Shown here: one piece after another, positions 62,548-64,000 of the stretch
Position numbering within the stretch: the stretch's first letter is position 1
How the letters are laid out: each line of letters starts with the position of its first letter
NCBI GenBank assembly: GCA_964270895.1
Contig: OZ185450.1
Source of the DNA: Podarcis filfolensis
Taxonomy: Eukaryota
Length of the DNA: 64,000 nucleotides
Reading direction: 5' to 3' (one strand)
Position numbers and translations under genes: made by a program
The notes under the pieces: model-generated
What the model was told of the DNA's origin: nothing
Seen by the model: only the letters and a program-made list of their open reading frames with translations
Databases searched by the model: none

Positions 62548-63298
62548 TAGGGCTGGGCGATAACTATTTTCCAACATCATAACATACTGCCAGCTCAATA
62601 CTGCGATATATCACAGTGTCGGAAAGGAGTCCATGTGAAAGCAGTGGCGGGTGAGGCAGGTGTGCCAACACTGTTTGTATGCTGCTTCACCCACTGCCTT
62701 GGCATGGGCCAGGTGGGGGAGTGAGCAGGTAGCCTCACCCTCCCTGGATGAAGAAGCAGACCGCTGGCACCTCCCGCCCACCTGTCCCAAGGCGTCGGAG
62801 ACAGCTGAGGCAGCATTGGCAGCTTTCTCCACCACCTTGGGACGGGCAAGAGGCGTGGGTGGACTGCCTCTCCATCAGAGAGTGCTTCTTTTCACACACA
62901 CACAAACACACCCGGCTGAGCAAGCCCCATGTCCCTCCAGCGTGCTCAAGCCGGAGGGACACGGGGCTTGTTGAAACAGAGGGAGGAACAAGCTGTATTG
63001 CGCCTTGGTGGGCAAGATGTGCGGACAGGCTGTTTCTCCCTCTGCAGCAGTATGAGGGCATACCACAATGGCGACTTCACTCAGTGGTATATCGCTGGTG
63101 AAACTGCCACTGCTCCCGAGTCCCTTTGCCTCCAGTGCCCGGCTGCAGCTTGTTTCTCCATCAGCGTGCTGGGCGCTGGTATCAGAGGGACTCAGGAGGC
63201 GGTGGTTTCACCAGCGGTATACCGCTGAATGAAGCTGTCATCACAGTCCACCTCTAATACAGGTCCTGGGCGATACATGGGTATATTGCTCAGGCCTA
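62548..63298. mobile_element. 751-bp non-autonomous hAT-type element
   Basis: Imperfect TIRs TAGGGCTGGGCGATA / TATTGCTCAGGCCTA, perfect 8-bp TSD ATAGCCAG at 62540-62547 and 63299-63306, GC-rich interior, no transposase ORF. Confidence 0.85.
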
Positions 63299-64000
63299 AT
63301 AGCCAGGGTATGCTTCTGGAGAGCATGTCTGAGTTGGGTATGGGTAGGCCTGTCTTGTAGTGGTTCTACTCTTAGCCGTAGGCTGTTTCCAGAAGGCAGT
63401 GATGAGAGATTTTTGCTTGACCCTGTGGTACATATCCCCTCTTTGTAGGCTCATAAGATTTCATTACCCTTCCTCCAAAGATAATTCAGTTTCATTGGAT
63501 GACATAGCACATCTGCCCCCTGCTCAGAGGTTTAACTTCGAGAAGAAGGAGCTGAACTATGAAGAACAATAACTCCCACTCAAAGGAGATATATCTCTTT
63601 TGTCATGTGTGGACAGGTTGATAACTGAATGGTGAAGAATTACACAGAATTTACAGCATTTGTTCTAGGAAAAACCACTCTCCCCTGTAATCATTGTTGA
63701 GCTCTAAATAGCCATGAAGGATAACAACAGGCTGATTATGGATCTGCGTTGCCATTTTGATACCCTTAAAGGGGCTGCTCCTCACACTGACAAAATTTCA
63801 ACTAGCATCCTTCCAGTGTGAGTGATTTAACAGGGGCAGGGACCAGGAAAATAGGAACTAAATGGGCAAATAATGGGAGCAGAAGAGTGGTGGATGTCAA
63901 GGCTGAAGTTCTACTTGAGGAAGTGTCACTTCCAGAGGTACCTTCTGGTCCAAAGCAGCTGTGCAGGTTGTTGAGAGGAGGGGATTTTAGTAGCAAATAA

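Noticed and set aside
62595-63228. Cluster of 63-117 aa ORFs on both strands
   Set aside because: They all lie in the GC-rich interior of the hAT element, where stops are rare, and show no transposase motifs.
1-64000. Prokaryote-type systems (CRISPR arrays, operons, defence islands)
   Set aside because: No regularly spaced repeat-spacer array or gene-dense operon. The repeat content shows this is vertebrate nuclear DNA.

Overview
AT-rich vertebrate genomic DNA, most likely a squamate (lacertid-type lizard), judged from three Sauria-type SINEs and a lizard-like repeat set. The window is intronic or intergenic: I cannot identify a host gene, and almost all short ORFs in the track look spurious. 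The only confident coding sequences are ORF1 (362 aa) and ORF2 (1245 aa, APE-RT-CCHC) of an L1-clade LINE at 38059-43705, both uninterrupted. This insertion is the most unusual feature. It is bounded by a perfect 17-bp target-site duplication, but the 3'UTR end, AATAAA and A-tail lie in front of the 5'UTR on the opposite strand, and the ORF2 end has no tail. That layout fits a twin-priming inversion that flipped about 5.4 kb with both ORFs intact. The rest is a mosaic of TA-flanked pogo/Tigger-like MITEs (four near-identical 241-242 bp copies plus related families), hAT-type non-autonomous elements with 8-bp TSDs, a tRNA-Lys/CR1-tail SINE, decayed CR1, L2-like and DIRS fragments, microsatellites, and a few weak candidate exons and regulatory sites.
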